Source: Octopus vulgaris (Eukaryota). Taken from it: a stretch of 64,000 bases of DNA. The stretch covers positions 4,154,001 to 4,218,000 of the forward strand of contig OX597837.1 of NCBI GenBank assembly GCA_951406725.2, in the 5' to 3' direction. Shown in pieces: positions 39,540 to 52,454 of this stretch. Numbering within the stretch: position 1 is the stretch's first letter; each line of letters starts with the position of its first letter. The position numbers were made by a program, and so were the translations under genes. The notes under the pieces were generated by a model. The model worked only from the letters and a program-made list of their open reading frames with translations. It ran no database searches and had not been told where the DNA came from.

Positions 39540-40285
39540 GCTTAAGTGGCGACAGTTAATGAAGACTCTCTCTAAAGTTCACCACAGCCGTTTGAACCAT
39601 GTCCCGTGGAATTGCATTGATTTCCTGAGTTATTGTTGACTTTAAATCTTCCGCCGTTGCTGGTCGGTGTTGATACACTTGTGATTTGAGGTGCCCCCGT
39701 AGAAAAAGATCACACGGGGTTAAATCATCCGGGGAAGGTGGGAGCCACCCAAAGACACCTCGCAGAGAAACAAAATGAGCCGGAAACATGTCACGGAGGC
39801 CTCAGAGTGAACGTCGAGAGGTAGGTGATGTGGCACCATCTTGTTGAAACCACAAATCATCCGGATCAGGATCGGCCTGTAACTGGACGACTTTTGGACG
39901 GAGCAACCTTTCAAGCAGATTACAGTAACGGTCCGATGTAACAGATACTGTAACACCTTCTTCTGCGAAAAAATAAGGGTCCACAGGTCGAAATCATCCG
40001 TGGCACACCAGACGGTAACCAGCGCAGTGTAGAATGGTCGTTCGTGGGGTTCACGGAGGTTATTGTATGACCAGTATCGAAAGTTTTGTTTATTAATCAA
40101 CCCCGATAAATGGAAGGACACTTCGTTGCTGCAGATCAGAACAGCTTCTGGGAGGATGGTCTGGAGAATATTTCGACAAATAGTTGTGTAGCTTTCATAT
40201 TCCCTCTTGATTAACTCCTATACAACCATTATCTTGCAATGATACATCTGGAGAGGCCGGCGTAACATTCTTCGGACACTTCGAT
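39540..40285 (-). pseudogene. Tc1/mariner-superfamily transposase remnant (DD41D/rosa-like)
   Basis: FHLSGLINKQNFRYWS, VTVWCA, WFQQDGAT, WLPPSPDDLTPCDLFLRGHLKSQVY. Confidence 0.85.
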
Positions 40286-40307
40286 TGGACGCCTGCGCAT
40301 ATATATG

Positions 40308-40370
<63 letters not shown>

Positions 40371-40385
40371 TTATTATATAGAAGG

Positions 40386-40436
40386 AGCTTCTACAGGACT
40401 AGAACTGTTTCATTCAAGAGAAATCTTCAGGAAGCT
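40386..40436 (-). ncRNA. Type I hammerhead ribozyme motif
   Basis: Minus strand AGCTTC-CTGAAGA-tTTC tctt GAAt-GAAAC-AG ttctagtc CT-GTA-GAAGCT; next to (TA)n. Confidence 0.8.
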
Positions 40437-40690
40437 AGTTAACAAGAATTGTATTGGCATTTATACATTTAGGCAGGTTTAAAGGGGTGTTGGTGGGGGA
40501 CTTTTTGGGGGTAGGCATAGCGCAAAATATCATACTTGGGGGAGTGGTCAAGGAGTCAGTGTTAAATTAGATAGAAGAATAAATAAAAAATAATATAATA
40601 TATAATATATAATATATAATAAATTAATTTTACTCTGCTATGTATTGAGTACCTTATTTACTGTGGTTAACCCCGAATCAACCCGGGACC

Positions 40691-40741
<51 letters not shown>

Positions 40742-40943
40742 TCGAAATGAGGAGTAGATAGGCAGTCGACAACTGATGAAGTCTCGTCCTTTATGTTATT
40801 TGTCCTGTTTTCCATTTGTTTCTTTCGTTATTTGTGTATTCAGTTCATTTGTTTTTGTATTTCATGCCGTTCACTGTTTGTGACGACCTGAAACCATATA
40901 TGCATATATATTTGTATTATTATTTGATTATTGAACGCCACGC

Positions 40944-40976
<33 letters not shown>

Positions 40977-41115
40977 CTTTCTCTTTATTCGGGAAACTCA
41001 TTATGTATACAATGAAAAATACAAATACTACCATGAATGAAATAGAAACAATACTCGGCTTTATAACGTGAAAGCAATATTAAAGATATAATTTTTCTCT
41101 CTACTTATTTTTTGT

Positions 41116-41158
<43 letters not shown>

Positions 41159-41459
41159 ATGGGAAGGATAGGGAAGGTGGGGTTGGAGTGTATCGGAGTG
41201 GGTGGGGTTAGGAGAGAGGGGTGACGATGAAGAGAAAGGAGAAGGTGGGTAGAAATGAAGAGAAGGAGAGTAAGAGTGAAGAGTAGGAGTTGGAATCAGA
41301 GCAAGAGAGGAGAGGTGCGTGGGAGGAAGTACGTGTGAAGGAGAGAGAGGTGAGAGAGGTGCGAAGGGCAGCGAGAGCAGGAGATGCAGTAAATGTTTGG
41401 AGGTGATATACAGATATTATAGATTAGAAAAATATAAGGTATTCAGAGATCTGGATGGT

Positions 41460-41880
41460 TACTCTTTTACTCTTTTACTCTTTTACTTGTTGCAGTCATT
41501 TCACTGCGGCCATGCTTGAGCACCGCCTTTAGTCGAGCAAATCGACCCCGGGACTTATTCTTTGTAAGCCCAGTACTTATGTTACCGGTCTCTTTTCCCG
41601 GACCGCTAAGTGACGTAAACACACCAGCATCGGTTGTCAAGCAATGCTAGAGGGACAAACACAGACACACAAACATATACACACACACACATATATATAT
41701 ATACACATATATACGACAGGCTTCTTTTAGTTTCCCTCTACCAAATCCATCTCACAAGGCATTGGTCGGCCCGAGGCTATAGAAGAAGACACTTGCCCAA
41801 GATGCCACGCAGTGGGACTGAACCCAGAACCATGTGGTTGGTAGGCAAGCTACTTACCACACAGCCACTCCTGCGACTAT
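41460..41880 (-). mobile_element. SINE family A
   Basis: Full match. Confidence 0.9.
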
Positions 41881-42412
41881 AGTTGTACATATACAAATTT
41901 TTATTAACATGCTATGTTTTTACAAATCACATATTTTCATCTACTCTGATAGAATCTTCAGATGTAAATTGAGTGAAGGGATTTGTCTCTTTTTGTAGTA
42001 TTAGTGAATAGGTTGGGGTGGAGAGAGAGGGGGGAGAAAGTAATGTGGAATGTAAAAGGTAGGAAAAGAGGGAGATGTATGGAGAGATCGTATAGGGAGA
42101 AAGTGAGAGAGAGCGTGTTTGTTTGTGCGCGTGGTGTGTGTGTGTGTGTGTGTGTGTGCGTGCGTATGTGTGTGTGTTGCCTATGTATCTGAAAGGAAGT
42201 GTTTTCAGCAGGAGATATAAAATAGAATATTTTTAAGTAGATGGCTGGAACAGATGCTTACTTTGGTCTGAAAAGAAAATGTTTTGAAAGCAGAACAATG
42301 TGTGTTTTTTCTTAATGGCAATGTAAAATAGAAGGAAAGAAAAGAAGGAAGAAAGAAAGAAGAAAAAATGTGTTTCTATCTATACAGTAGTTGGTTAGTT
42401 TTTTTCTATAGA

Positions 42413-42559
42413 AGTTGACTTTTGGTCTGGGAAAACGACAAAACCAGGTGGTTACTTTAAGGGGGGTCTGCTTTCATGAGGAATAATGAAAGTTATTAAA
42501 ACAGATTCCCCTTAGAGTAACCACCTGGTCTTGCCATTTTCACAGACCAAGAATCAACT
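42413..42559. mobile_element. Short hairpin MITE-like remnant
   Basis: About 58-bp imperfect inverted arms around a ~30-bp loop. Confidence 0.6.
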
Positions 42560-42811
42560 CGAAGAGATACGGACAAAGGAATGAGAATCTCAAGTAATTT
42601 AAAATTACAGTTAAAATCAAAATTAATATAACAATTTACTAAAGTACAATCGATATTTTCAATGTTTTTACCTCAACTTTTAATTCTGGAGGAGAGAGAA
42701 AGATGTAAGAATTTAGTGATAGGAAGAGGAAAGGACGCTTACGCGTTTAGGCTGCCATTTTGAGATACATACATAAATATATGTGTGTATTTATATGTAT
42801 ATGTGTTGTAC

Positions 42812-42847
<36 letters not shown>

Positions 42848-42864
42848 GTATATATATATATATA

Positions 42865-42933
<69 letters not shown>

Positions 42934-43071
42934 TAATAAGAAAATGGAGGGGATCAAGAGGTGGTATTCATCAATTTTAGACATTATATTATGTCTAGTT
43001 ATTTAAATAAAAAACATTATAACAATAGACATACATGTATAGCCTAATATACTTTGAATATACATACATAC

Positions 43072-43102
<31 letters not shown>

Positions 43103-43329
43103 AGCAGTAAAAATATTTAGAAGCGAATATTTATATAGATTTTAATATTGTTATAATCGAAGTGAATGTAAATAACAACAATATTAATATAGGACGTGAT
43201 TAGCAATAGAATCAATATTAATTTAGGTACTACTTTTCAGAGTGGGGTTGTCTACAATATGGCACAATGCAATGAAGGACGCCAACAGATTTTAACGTGA
43301 TGGACGGGAAGATATTTCTAAGGGCTAAG

Positions 43330-43380
43330 ATGTGCTGAAGACGATAAGATCTTCATATGAAACCAGAAAACGATCCACAT
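43330..43380 (+). ncRNA. Degenerate type I hammerhead motif
   Basis: ATGTG-CTGAAGA-...-GAAAC-...-ATC-CACAT; stems II and III eroded. Confidence 0.45.
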
Positions 43381-43419
43381 ATATACTTGTACCATTAAAT
43401 ATATAGATTTATGCTATAG

Positions 43420-43827
43420 TCGTAGGAGTGGCTGTGTGCTAAGTAGCTTGCTAACCAACCACATGGTTCTGGGTTAAGTCCCACTGCGTGGCACATTGGG
43501 CAAGTGTCTTCTACTATAGCCTCGGGCCGACCAAAGCCTTGTGAGTGGATTTGGTAGACGGAAACTGAAAAAGCTCGTCGTATATATTTATATATATATG
43601 TGTGTGTATATGTTTGTGTGTCTGTGTTTTCCCCCCAACGGCGCTTGACAACCAATGCTGATGTGTTTGTGTCCCCGTAACTTAGCGGTTCGGTAAAAGA
43701 GACCGATAGAATAAGTACTAGGCTTACAAAGAATAAGTCCCGGGGTCGATTTGCTCGATCGACTAAAGGCGGTGCTCCAGCATGGCCGCAGTCAAATGAC
43801 TGAAACAAGTAAAAGAGTAAAAGAGTA
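43420..43827 (+). mobile_element. SINE family A
   Basis: Full match with tail. Confidence 0.9.
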
Positions 43828-44245
43828 TAGGTATGTGAGGGATGTTTTCGGTTTACCCGCCCCCATACTGTTGAATGTGTTACTTGCAGTGTTAATATTC
43901 TTTGGTGGTACAAAGTGTGTTTTAATTCTTATTTGTAGCGGCTAGACACTTTAACATGCCCTTTGATTAATGCAATTTTAATTCTATATCTATATAATGT
44001 TGATTTAGGCCTGCAACCACCTACAATAATATTCTTGTTATTATAAACAATTTGTATTGCCTTCGATAATAATAGCAATATTAATATCTATTTAAATATT
44101 TGCTCCTGAAATATTTGCTTCTGATTAGTACTTTTCGCACTTAGGCTGTCCACAAGTAATTAAATAATGGCGCTAAGTAATTAAATAAGCTAACAGATTT
44201 GAACATGGTAGATTGGGGAGATGTTTATAATATAAATAACATATA

Positions 44246-45536
44246 CGAGGGGCGTTCAATAAGTAATGCCCCTGACCCACTTTCCATAGCAGTAGAGCAA
44301 CGAAACTTGGCACAGTTATTAGTCATTTTCAACATAGGAACCACCCAGAGTTACGCATTTCTCCCATCGTTCGATGCGGCTCCGGAGACCGTTTTTGTAG
44401 AAGAACCCAGCTTGGTCCTCCAACCTCAACGTGACTTCAGAAATCCAGGCTGCATCATCTGGAAAACGCTTTCCTTTCAAAAACAACTTCATGATTGGGA
44501 AGAGGTGAAAATCAGAGGGTGCAAGGTCAGGCAAGTAGGGGAGATGAGGAGGAGTTCATAGCCATACGCCTGTGCTTCTGATCTGGCGACAAGCGAGTTG
44601 TGGACCGGAGCGTTGTCCTGCAGGAGGAGGATGCCTTTGCTGATCTTGCCCCGCCTCTTGATTTTTATAACTTCTCTTAATTTCCTCAAAAGTGAAGCAT
44701 AATAGGCTCCTGCAATTGTGGTACCCTTTGCCAGGAAATCTGTCATCACTACTCCGTCCTGGTCCCAGAAGACTGTGAGCATGACCTTGCCAGCGGAGGG
44801 CTGCACTCTTGCCTTCTTTGGAGGGGGTGAGTCACGGTGCTTCAACTGCATTAACTGGGCTTTGGTCTCTGGATCATCGTGATGGACCCAGGTTTCATCC
44901 TGTGTAATCAGTCTTTTGAAAAAATTTGACTCATCTTCTTGGCACATCTCCAAATTCACCCTCGAGCACTCGACGCGTTCTTGCTTCTGGAAAGGCGTGA
45001 GCAACCTGGGAATCCATCTGGCAGACACCTTTTGCATATGCAAATGGTCATGAATGATAGTTTCCACAGACCCGGTACTAATCTTGACCTCATGGGCTAT
45101 TTGGCGAATAATTATGCGTCGATCTTCCAAAATGGCAGCCTCAACTTGATGGACAGATGCCTCATCAATGGCAGAAGGGGGCGACCAGATCTGGGAGCTG
45201 TTTCCACAGAGTTCCGACCATGTTTGAATTCACGATGCCAGCGTTTTACAAGGTCATATGATGGGGCATCATCAACATAAGTTACTTTAATTTCATCAAA
45301 AGTCTCCCGTGGTGTGCGTCCTTTCCAATACAAAAACCGGATCACTGCTCGACACTCAACAGGCTCCATTTCACACTTGACTCGGTTCAAACACCTGTAA
45401 ATCAGAAACCACTATTAATTCAGAGCTGTAATTTGCCACTCACCCTATAGAGATATAAATAATTGCACATGCAAAATTTCAGCTAGATCAAACAACTGCA
45501 AGTGGGTCAGAGGCATTACTTATTGAACGTCCCTCG
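44246..45536 (-). mobile_element. Mariner DNA transposon (DD34D, irritans-like), full length, frameshifted transposase
   Basis: TIRs CGAGGGGCGTTCAATAAGTAATGCC / GGCATTACTTATTGAACGTCCCTCG, TA at both ends; ORF pieces 45390-44319 with RAVIRFL, RSGRP, WIPRLLT, ITQDETWVH, QDNAP, PDLAPSDFHLF. Confidence 0.96.
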
Positions 45537-45754
45537 TAAATATATCCATATAAATATATATATATATATATATGGACATATCTACATATAAATGTATATA
45601 TACATGCATACATGGGTACAGGACATAAAAAAACGTTGAACACAATGAGAAACGAAAACATAAAAACAAAAGCATAGAAACGAGAGTAACGAAATATACT
45701 ACATAAACAATATTCCCTTTCTTCAGTTGTCCCTGTTTCATCTATCTACTCCAC

Positions 45755-45813
<59 letters not shown>

Positions 45814-45826
<13 letters not shown>

Positions 45827-46255
45827 TTAGAGACAAAACCACTATTATGCAAATCAAACAAAAAAAGACTTAATCCAATACATAAAAAATTTTATATAAA
45901 TTAAATATAATTAAGATATCCACTACGATCGTTTCTTGTCACTTCTATGGACATTCATCAGGTGGTTTCAAGACCTTCTATGCAATTTTGAACTATGATG
46001 TCATAGTTCAAAATTGCATAGAAGGTCTTGAAACCACCTGATGAATGTCCATAGAAATGACAAGAACCGATCGTAGTGGATATCTTAATTATATTTAATT
46101 TATATAAAATTTTTATGTATTGGATTAAGTCTTTCTTTGTTTGATTTGCATAATAGTGGTTTTGTCTCTAATTAATATTATATATTTTACTATAAAATTG
46201 GATTCAATCCTAAATCTGATTTTTCCGTGTAAATTTGGATTTATTCCCTAATATT

Positions 46256-46260
<5 letters not shown>
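45814..46260. mobile_element. Fold-back hammerhead element (family F6): ~185-bp arms, 2-nt spacer, plus 3' tail
   Basis: 45814-45998 is the reverse complement of 46001-46185; tail 46100-46260 similar to 23975-24130; (TA)n both sides. Confidence 0.85.
45920..45965 (-). ncRNA. Minimal type I hammerhead ribozyme (intact core)
   Basis: Minus strand CCAC-CTGATGA-aTGTC...GACAa-GAAA-CGATCG-TA-GTGG; mirror copy at 46034-46079 has GAAC. Confidence 0.85.
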
Positions 46261-46310
<50 letters not shown>

Positions 46311-46321
46311 TATATATATAA

Positions 46322-46632
46322 CGTAATCACGTGATCATGTAACCGACCAGACCATCAGATGTTGTTACAAATCGATTGTCACAATGCGTTCGCATTGTTT
46401 TAGCCTTCGAATGACGCCACCCCGCTGGCTAAGCGAGCAGGCCAACAGAAGAAAGAGTGAGAGAAAGAGTGGTGAAGGAGTAAACCAGGGATCACCATCC
46501 CCTGCTGGAGCGTCGTGGAGCTTTCTAGGTGTTTTCGCTCAATAAACACTCACAACGCCCGGTCTGGGAATCGAAACCGCGATCCTGCGACCGCGAGTCC
46601 GCTGCCCTAACCACTTGGCCATTGCGCCTCCA
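46322..46632 (-). mobile_element. SINE family B
   Basis: Full match. Confidence 0.88.
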
Positions 46633-46641
46633 CAGACACAG

Positions 46642-46740
<99 letters not shown>

Positions 46741-46921
46741 AATTAGAAAAAACACCCTTTATCAATTCAAAATGAACAATTAAATTGCACCACCTAGAAA
46801 ATTACACATAATAGAATTATTAAAATTAAAATAACAATAATATACCGATGATTAAGTAAATTGCAAAATAATAATAAAAACGTATATATTTGGTGGAAAT
46901 AATATTCCCTCAAATAATAAT

Positions 46922-46984
<63 letters not shown>

Positions 46985-47086
46985 TTGAGGAGTTTCGTTA
47001 TAGGTATAAAAGTGTACCATAAAGAAGTATAAGAAATGGAGAAAATGGAGAATCAGAAATAGATTTATTACAAAACTGGATTCATT

Positions 47087-47184
47087 GCATACGTACGTTT
47101 CGAAAAACAATGCAAATGTGTCAGAAAAAAAATTAATCATAGTAATTAGTATTAAATTTATGCTTCGTCATTCTCATCAGTGTG
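47087..47184 (-). ncRNA. Type I hammerhead motif with long stem II (family F7)
   Basis: Minus strand CA-CTGATGA-GAATG...TTTTC-GAAAC-GTAC-GTA-TG; opposite-strand sister at 48205-48302. Confidence 0.7.
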
Positions 47185-47316
47185 AGGAATTTCTTGAAGA
47201 AACATGAAGATTAATATGAGATTTTTTTCAAAGAGAGACAAGGATCAAAGACCTTCGAAAAAATCATTTTTATTTTTTGTCTCTGCCTGCATGCACATTT
47301 TCTACTTATATATTGT

Positions 47317-47640
47317 GAAGGCACGTGGCTTAGTGGTTAGGGCATTCGACTGACGATTGTAAGGTCGTGAGTTCGACTCCCGGCGATGCGTTGTGTCCTT
47401 GAGCAAGACACTTTATTTAACGTTGCTCCAATCCACTCAACTGGCAAAAATGAGCTGTTCCTGTATTTCAAGGGGCCAGCCATGTCACACTCTGTGTCAC
47501 GCTGAATCTCCCTGAAAACTACATGAAGGGTACTCGTGTCTGTGGATTGCTCAGCCACTTGTACGTTAATTCCACGAGCAGGCTGTTCCGTTGATCGTAT
47601 CAGCTGGGACCCTCGTCGTCGTAACCGACGGAGTGCTCCT
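47317..47640 (+). mobile_element. tRNA-derived SINE family D
   Basis: GGCACGTGGCTTAGTGGTTAGGGC...GAGTTCGACTCC then TGTGTCCTTGAGCAAGACACTT; related copy at 56343. Confidence 0.85.
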
Positions 47641-47948
47641 ATACTTATATATTAAATCATTCTCAAGCATTGCCTTGTTTCTCAGATTCTGGTCATATAC
47701 ATATATACACATATAGTTTTTTCGTTTTTCAATACTATCATGTATGCGTAAAACTCTCTATGGATTTTTCTACTTGAGAAAGTGTTACGTTGCACTATAC
47801 TAGACACACGAGGCCTTGTTTAGATTGTATTTCGTCTTGACTTGTTACTATTCTTTAAAGCATATCCGTTAGATTCTTATGTTATAGTTTTACAGCACAT
47901 ATAGACTAGCATACACATTGATATGTCTTTCTTTTTCGTCTCTCTCCC

Positions 47949-47981
<33 letters not shown>

Positions 47982-48012
47982 CATTATTATTATTATTACT
48001 ATCATTATTATT

Positions 48013-48044
<32 letters not shown>

Positions 48045-48204
48045 CGTTGTTGTTGTTGTTATCGTTATTTTTCCCTTTCACAAATTGGTTTCTAAATTAT
48101 CCGATTTTCCCTTACTGCCCCATCTGTGTTCTCTTATTGTATCTTATTTTATTTTATTCTATTTCATTTTATTAAACTTTATTGGTGTTCTTCAAGAGAT
48201 TCCT

Positions 48205-48302
48205 CACACTGATGAGAATGACAATGCATAAATTTAAATATAATTACTATGATTAAAACTTTTTTCTGACACATTTGCATTGTTTTTCGAAACGTACTTA
48301 TG
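48205..48302 (+). ncRNA. Type I hammerhead motif (family F7 sister)
   Basis: CTGATGA 48209-48215, stem II ACAATGCA/TGCATTGT, GAAAC-GTAC-TTA. Confidence 0.6.
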
Positions 48303-48387
48303 CATTGAATCCAGTTTTGTAATAAATCTATTTCTGATTCTACAATTTTTCTCCATTTTTCATATATATATATATATATATATATAT

Positions 48388-48529
48388 TGATAAAACGGTA
48401 AGATAACAAAGAAAGAAAGAGACCTCAATATTAGGTAAATAGAGGAAATTTATCTATACAATATGTTACATTACTCGGTAGTCAAGATAAAACTCAGAGT
48501 TTTATCTTGACTACCGAGTAATGTAACAT

Positions 48530-48537
<8 letters not shown>
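48388..48537. mobile_element. Solo fold-back of the Naiad pseudo-LTR tail
   Basis: Homologous to 25597-25710; hairpin centred on AACTC-A-GAGTT at 48496. Confidence 0.8.
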
Positions 48538-48574
<37 letters not shown>

Positions 48575-48744
48575 ACGAATTGGACAACCATGAAATGATC
48601 GTAGTGTTTTACTCATTATCTTTTATTAAACTTTTAATACTTTTGATATATATTTAAAATAATATAAATTAATTAATTTTATGTATTGGCTTAAGTTTTT
48701 CATTGTTTGATTTGCCTAATAGTGGTTTTATCTCTAATTTAATA

Positions 48745-48779
<35 letters not shown>

Positions 48780-48872
48780 GGGAGAGTATACGAAGAAAAA
48801 AACAAAAGACGAAGACAGGTGGTGTACAAAACAAACAGATGTATTAGTATAACGCTCAGGAATAGAAAAGTA

Positions 48873-48906
48873 TTTTACGTTTCGAGCCTACGCTCTTCTA
48901 CAGAAA
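48873..48906 (-). ncRNA. Minimal hammerhead-like motif with variant core (family F8)
   Basis: Minus strand TTT-CTGTAGAA-GAGC gtag GCTC-GAAA-CG-TA-AAA; decayed relatives near 28335 and 59815. Confidence 0.5.
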
Positions 48907-48954
48907 GGGACACAGATAAATCAAGGAGATAAAACAATGTGTGTATTGGCTATA

Positions 48955-49039
<85 letters not shown>

Positions 49040-49605
49040 TATATGTAGAAAAATACAAACTGGGACAAGAACGTAAAACATTTAGAAGACGATACAAAAA
49101 ACACGGACGGGAGATTCGAAGCCTTTAATCTTCAGTCAAGAACCGGATCATCCTAGCAATTTCGGCTGATTAATCTTGAGATCGCTCCGATCCGGCTAGC
49201 CCCAAGGAAAAGCTAAGCTAAGAGCATTAGATTTCTTGGAAGAAGGATCGAATATATACGAAAAAGGGAGAGAAGAACGGACGATGCCACACGAATATAA
49301 AATACAAAAAACAATAATGGTAAAAACAGGTCAAAAACAGCGGGTCTCTTACGACTAATAAACAGTACAACAAGTTTAGCTGGCGTATTTTGGAAAAATG
49401 CCTTTATCGGCAGACGAAGACAACGATGTTCTCACGGCAGTGGTCGGAGGCCAAAAGGCTAGTTTGACCAGCGGTCACGCGAGAGAAGAGAGAGAAAAGA
49501 AAGGGGGCAAAGGAAACAAAGAGAGAGAGAAAAAGAGGAACGAAGGCAACAAGGGGGGGAGAAGAGAGAGAAAGAAGGAATTAAAGAGGGGAGAAGAAAG
49601 AGTGC
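49040..49605 (-). mobile_element. Family F3 element, second copy
   Basis: Near-identical to 14770-15335. Confidence 0.8.
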
Positions 49606-49617
49606 ATATATATATAT

Positions 49618-50785
49618 GCTGGAGTTGAACTAGGGACAGCTGATGAAGGGGATTTTTCCTTGTATAGTTTATCTTGTACTCTGTTTATCGTTGTAAAAAA
49701 ATGGTCTGTTCCATGCTTGTTTTTCCGTTTTCGTTTCTCGTTGGGTTCTACGTCTATTTGTGGTGTCCTGTACTCACGTATATATATTTATATATGCATG
49801 TATATATACATGTAGATGTAGGCACGTACATATATGTATGTATGTATGCATGTATTTTATTTATTACACTATTGTATGAGTGAGCGCCCTCGCGTCGATT
49901 CGATTCGATTCGTTCGTTTCGTTTCGTTCTTCTTCTCTAAGTACTGTTTTTATATATAATTATAACGCGAAACTCTTACCTCTTTGCTTTACCTTCCCTT
50001 CTTTTCCTATCTCTCTCTCTCTCACTCCTCCTCATCTCTCTCTCAACCGCTTGTCTTCTTCTATCTCTTTCTCTCCCTCTCACTCCTCCTCATCTCTCTC
50101 ACAGCCAGCCAACTCTTCCTTTTACACGCGGCCTTCTAACTGTAAACACACGGTTTTCCTTGCGCTCTCCAGAATCTTCCTCGTCTAGGTAAAAAAAGGC
50201 CCTTTTCGTTTGTTTTCTTGTTTTGTTTTTATTTCTCGTATTGTAATTTTATGTAATTGTATTTTTATTTTGTATTTTATTTTGTATTTTATTTTGTATT
50301 TTCATTTGTATCGTTTTTACGTCCCGTATTTGTTACATTTTTTTCTTTCTTTGTTTTTACCCCTCTGCGAAGTAATTTTATTTAATTTCTTCGCAGGAAG
50401 GGCTAGTTCGATGAGTCGTGTTCTGTCCTACCTTCGAAACACGCTGGAGTTGAACTAGGGACAGCTGATGAAGGGGATTTTTCCTTGTGTAGTTTGTCTT
50501 GTACTCTGCTTTTCGTTGTAAAAAAATGGTCTGTTCCATGCTTGTTTTTCCGTTTTCGTTTCTCGTTGAGTTCTACGTCTATTTGTCGTGTCCTGTACTC
50601 ACGTATATATATTTATATATGCATGTATATATACATGTAGATGTAGGTACGTACATATATGTATGTATGTATGCATGTATTTTATTTATTACACTATTGT
50701 ATGACTGAGCACCCTCGCGTCGATTCGATTCGATTCGTTCGTTTCGTTTCGTTCTTCTTCTCCAAGTACTGTTTATATTTATATA
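49618..50785 (+). mobile_element. Non-coding partial-tandem element (family F9)
   Basis: 49618-49958 repeated at 50443-50785 (period about 825 bp) around a pyrimidine-rich core; hammerhead-like CTAGTTC-GATGA...GAAAC...GTT-GAACTAG at 50403-50458; relatives at 24170-24310 and 45570-45760 (-). Confidence 0.7.
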
Positions 50786-51824
50786 TATATATATACATGC
50801 ATGTAAATATGTATCTATGTATATATGCGTGTGTGTGTATGTGTGGGGACGCATATTGGCACACACACATACACACATACAAACGTAGTGCTTAACAAAG
50901 CTACTACTGGGCACTCTTGAAGCAAAATAAAAACAAGAATAATCGTTTATATATTTCTTAAACTGATATTTAGATATTTCAGTTTTAAAATGTCCTGCCA
51001 AGAAAACTTTTGAAAAGCTAGGATCTTTGTATCGAACAAAATACTATCCAATTGTGCTTCTTGGTTTTTAGGCTGTTGCAGGCGTTTCCAGGCCAAAGTG
51101 TGGTAGAGTTTCCCATTGTTAAAGAAAGAGAAATAAATTTTCTCTGAAAAATGTGATTATTGACAAAACAAAGAACTATAAATATTACCAGTATAATTTC
51201 GTTGTTAATGGAGTTAGAACCAGAAAATATATTAATTACATTTCTAATTAGGGAGGACAATGCATGGCTATTAACTACTTAAGTGTATCGAATACGAACT
51301 GAAAGAAATTAGTTGGCTTAAAAAGAGGAAGAGTGAAGACTACTTTTAGAACCTGCGTTATCTGATTATTGTAGGCGGTAAAACAAGAGTAGGGATGTTA
51401 GAGGTACAACTTAATAACATTTCTTTTCCGGTAGCAATGACTGTAAACACCCTTTAAATGTCAAAGAACATCATCAATCAAATTAGTTTCATTGGTTCCT
51501 TTAAGTTCGCTGATGCAGTTAAGCATGCTACCACAGAAAATGTCACATAGCGTTAAATTAAAAAAAAAACACAAAAATAAGCCCGATATCGGTATTCATG
51601 GCTACACATTTAGATTAATATTTAATGCAGTTTATTTTGCGTTAGGGCTTAATGTTGGATTCGAGTAGCTATTTAGAGTTATAAAATCTTTTATAATTTT
51701 TCTATCAAAAAAATATTTATCTAAATTTTCACACGCTGCCTCGAACGACGCATTGATATCTTTCAGAAAAACCCAAGGAAACCTCTATTTCTTGCAAATA
51801 TATATACATACATAGGCATATATG

Positions 51825-51873
<49 letters not shown>

Positions 51874-52410
51874 TAGTGCAAACATGCTATCTTTAAGATA
51901 GCATGCTGTAGATTGATTTGATATCATTGTATCATATATTCCTGTAGTGTATATACTTAAGTATACATATTGCATGCATGTGGGATAAATGAAGCCAAGA
52001 CATGCAACATCAATAAAAGAAGACGTCAAGAAGTGAAGCTATAAGATCTTATACAATAACGCTAAAAGAACTGCATTTATAAATATGTGTTAGTCAACAC
52101 AAAATCATCATAAATACAATCATCCTATTTATGTGTGTGTCCTTTAAAATTGAGCCCATCCCATCATTCTATTGACACTCATTTGATGAAAACCGAATGA
52201 AAGAAGTATATTTTTTGTTTATATATAACATGCATTTACAACCACACAAACAGGAACACCCAAACACACGAATATGCAGAATACATACATACAAACGTAT
52301 AGGCATACATACACATAAATATGCATACATACACAGGCATGTACATGCACACACACACACATACATGCATACATACATACATGCATGCATACATACATAC
52401 ATGCTTGCAT

Positions 52411-52443
<33 letters not shown>

Positions 52444-52454
52444 CATATATAAAT

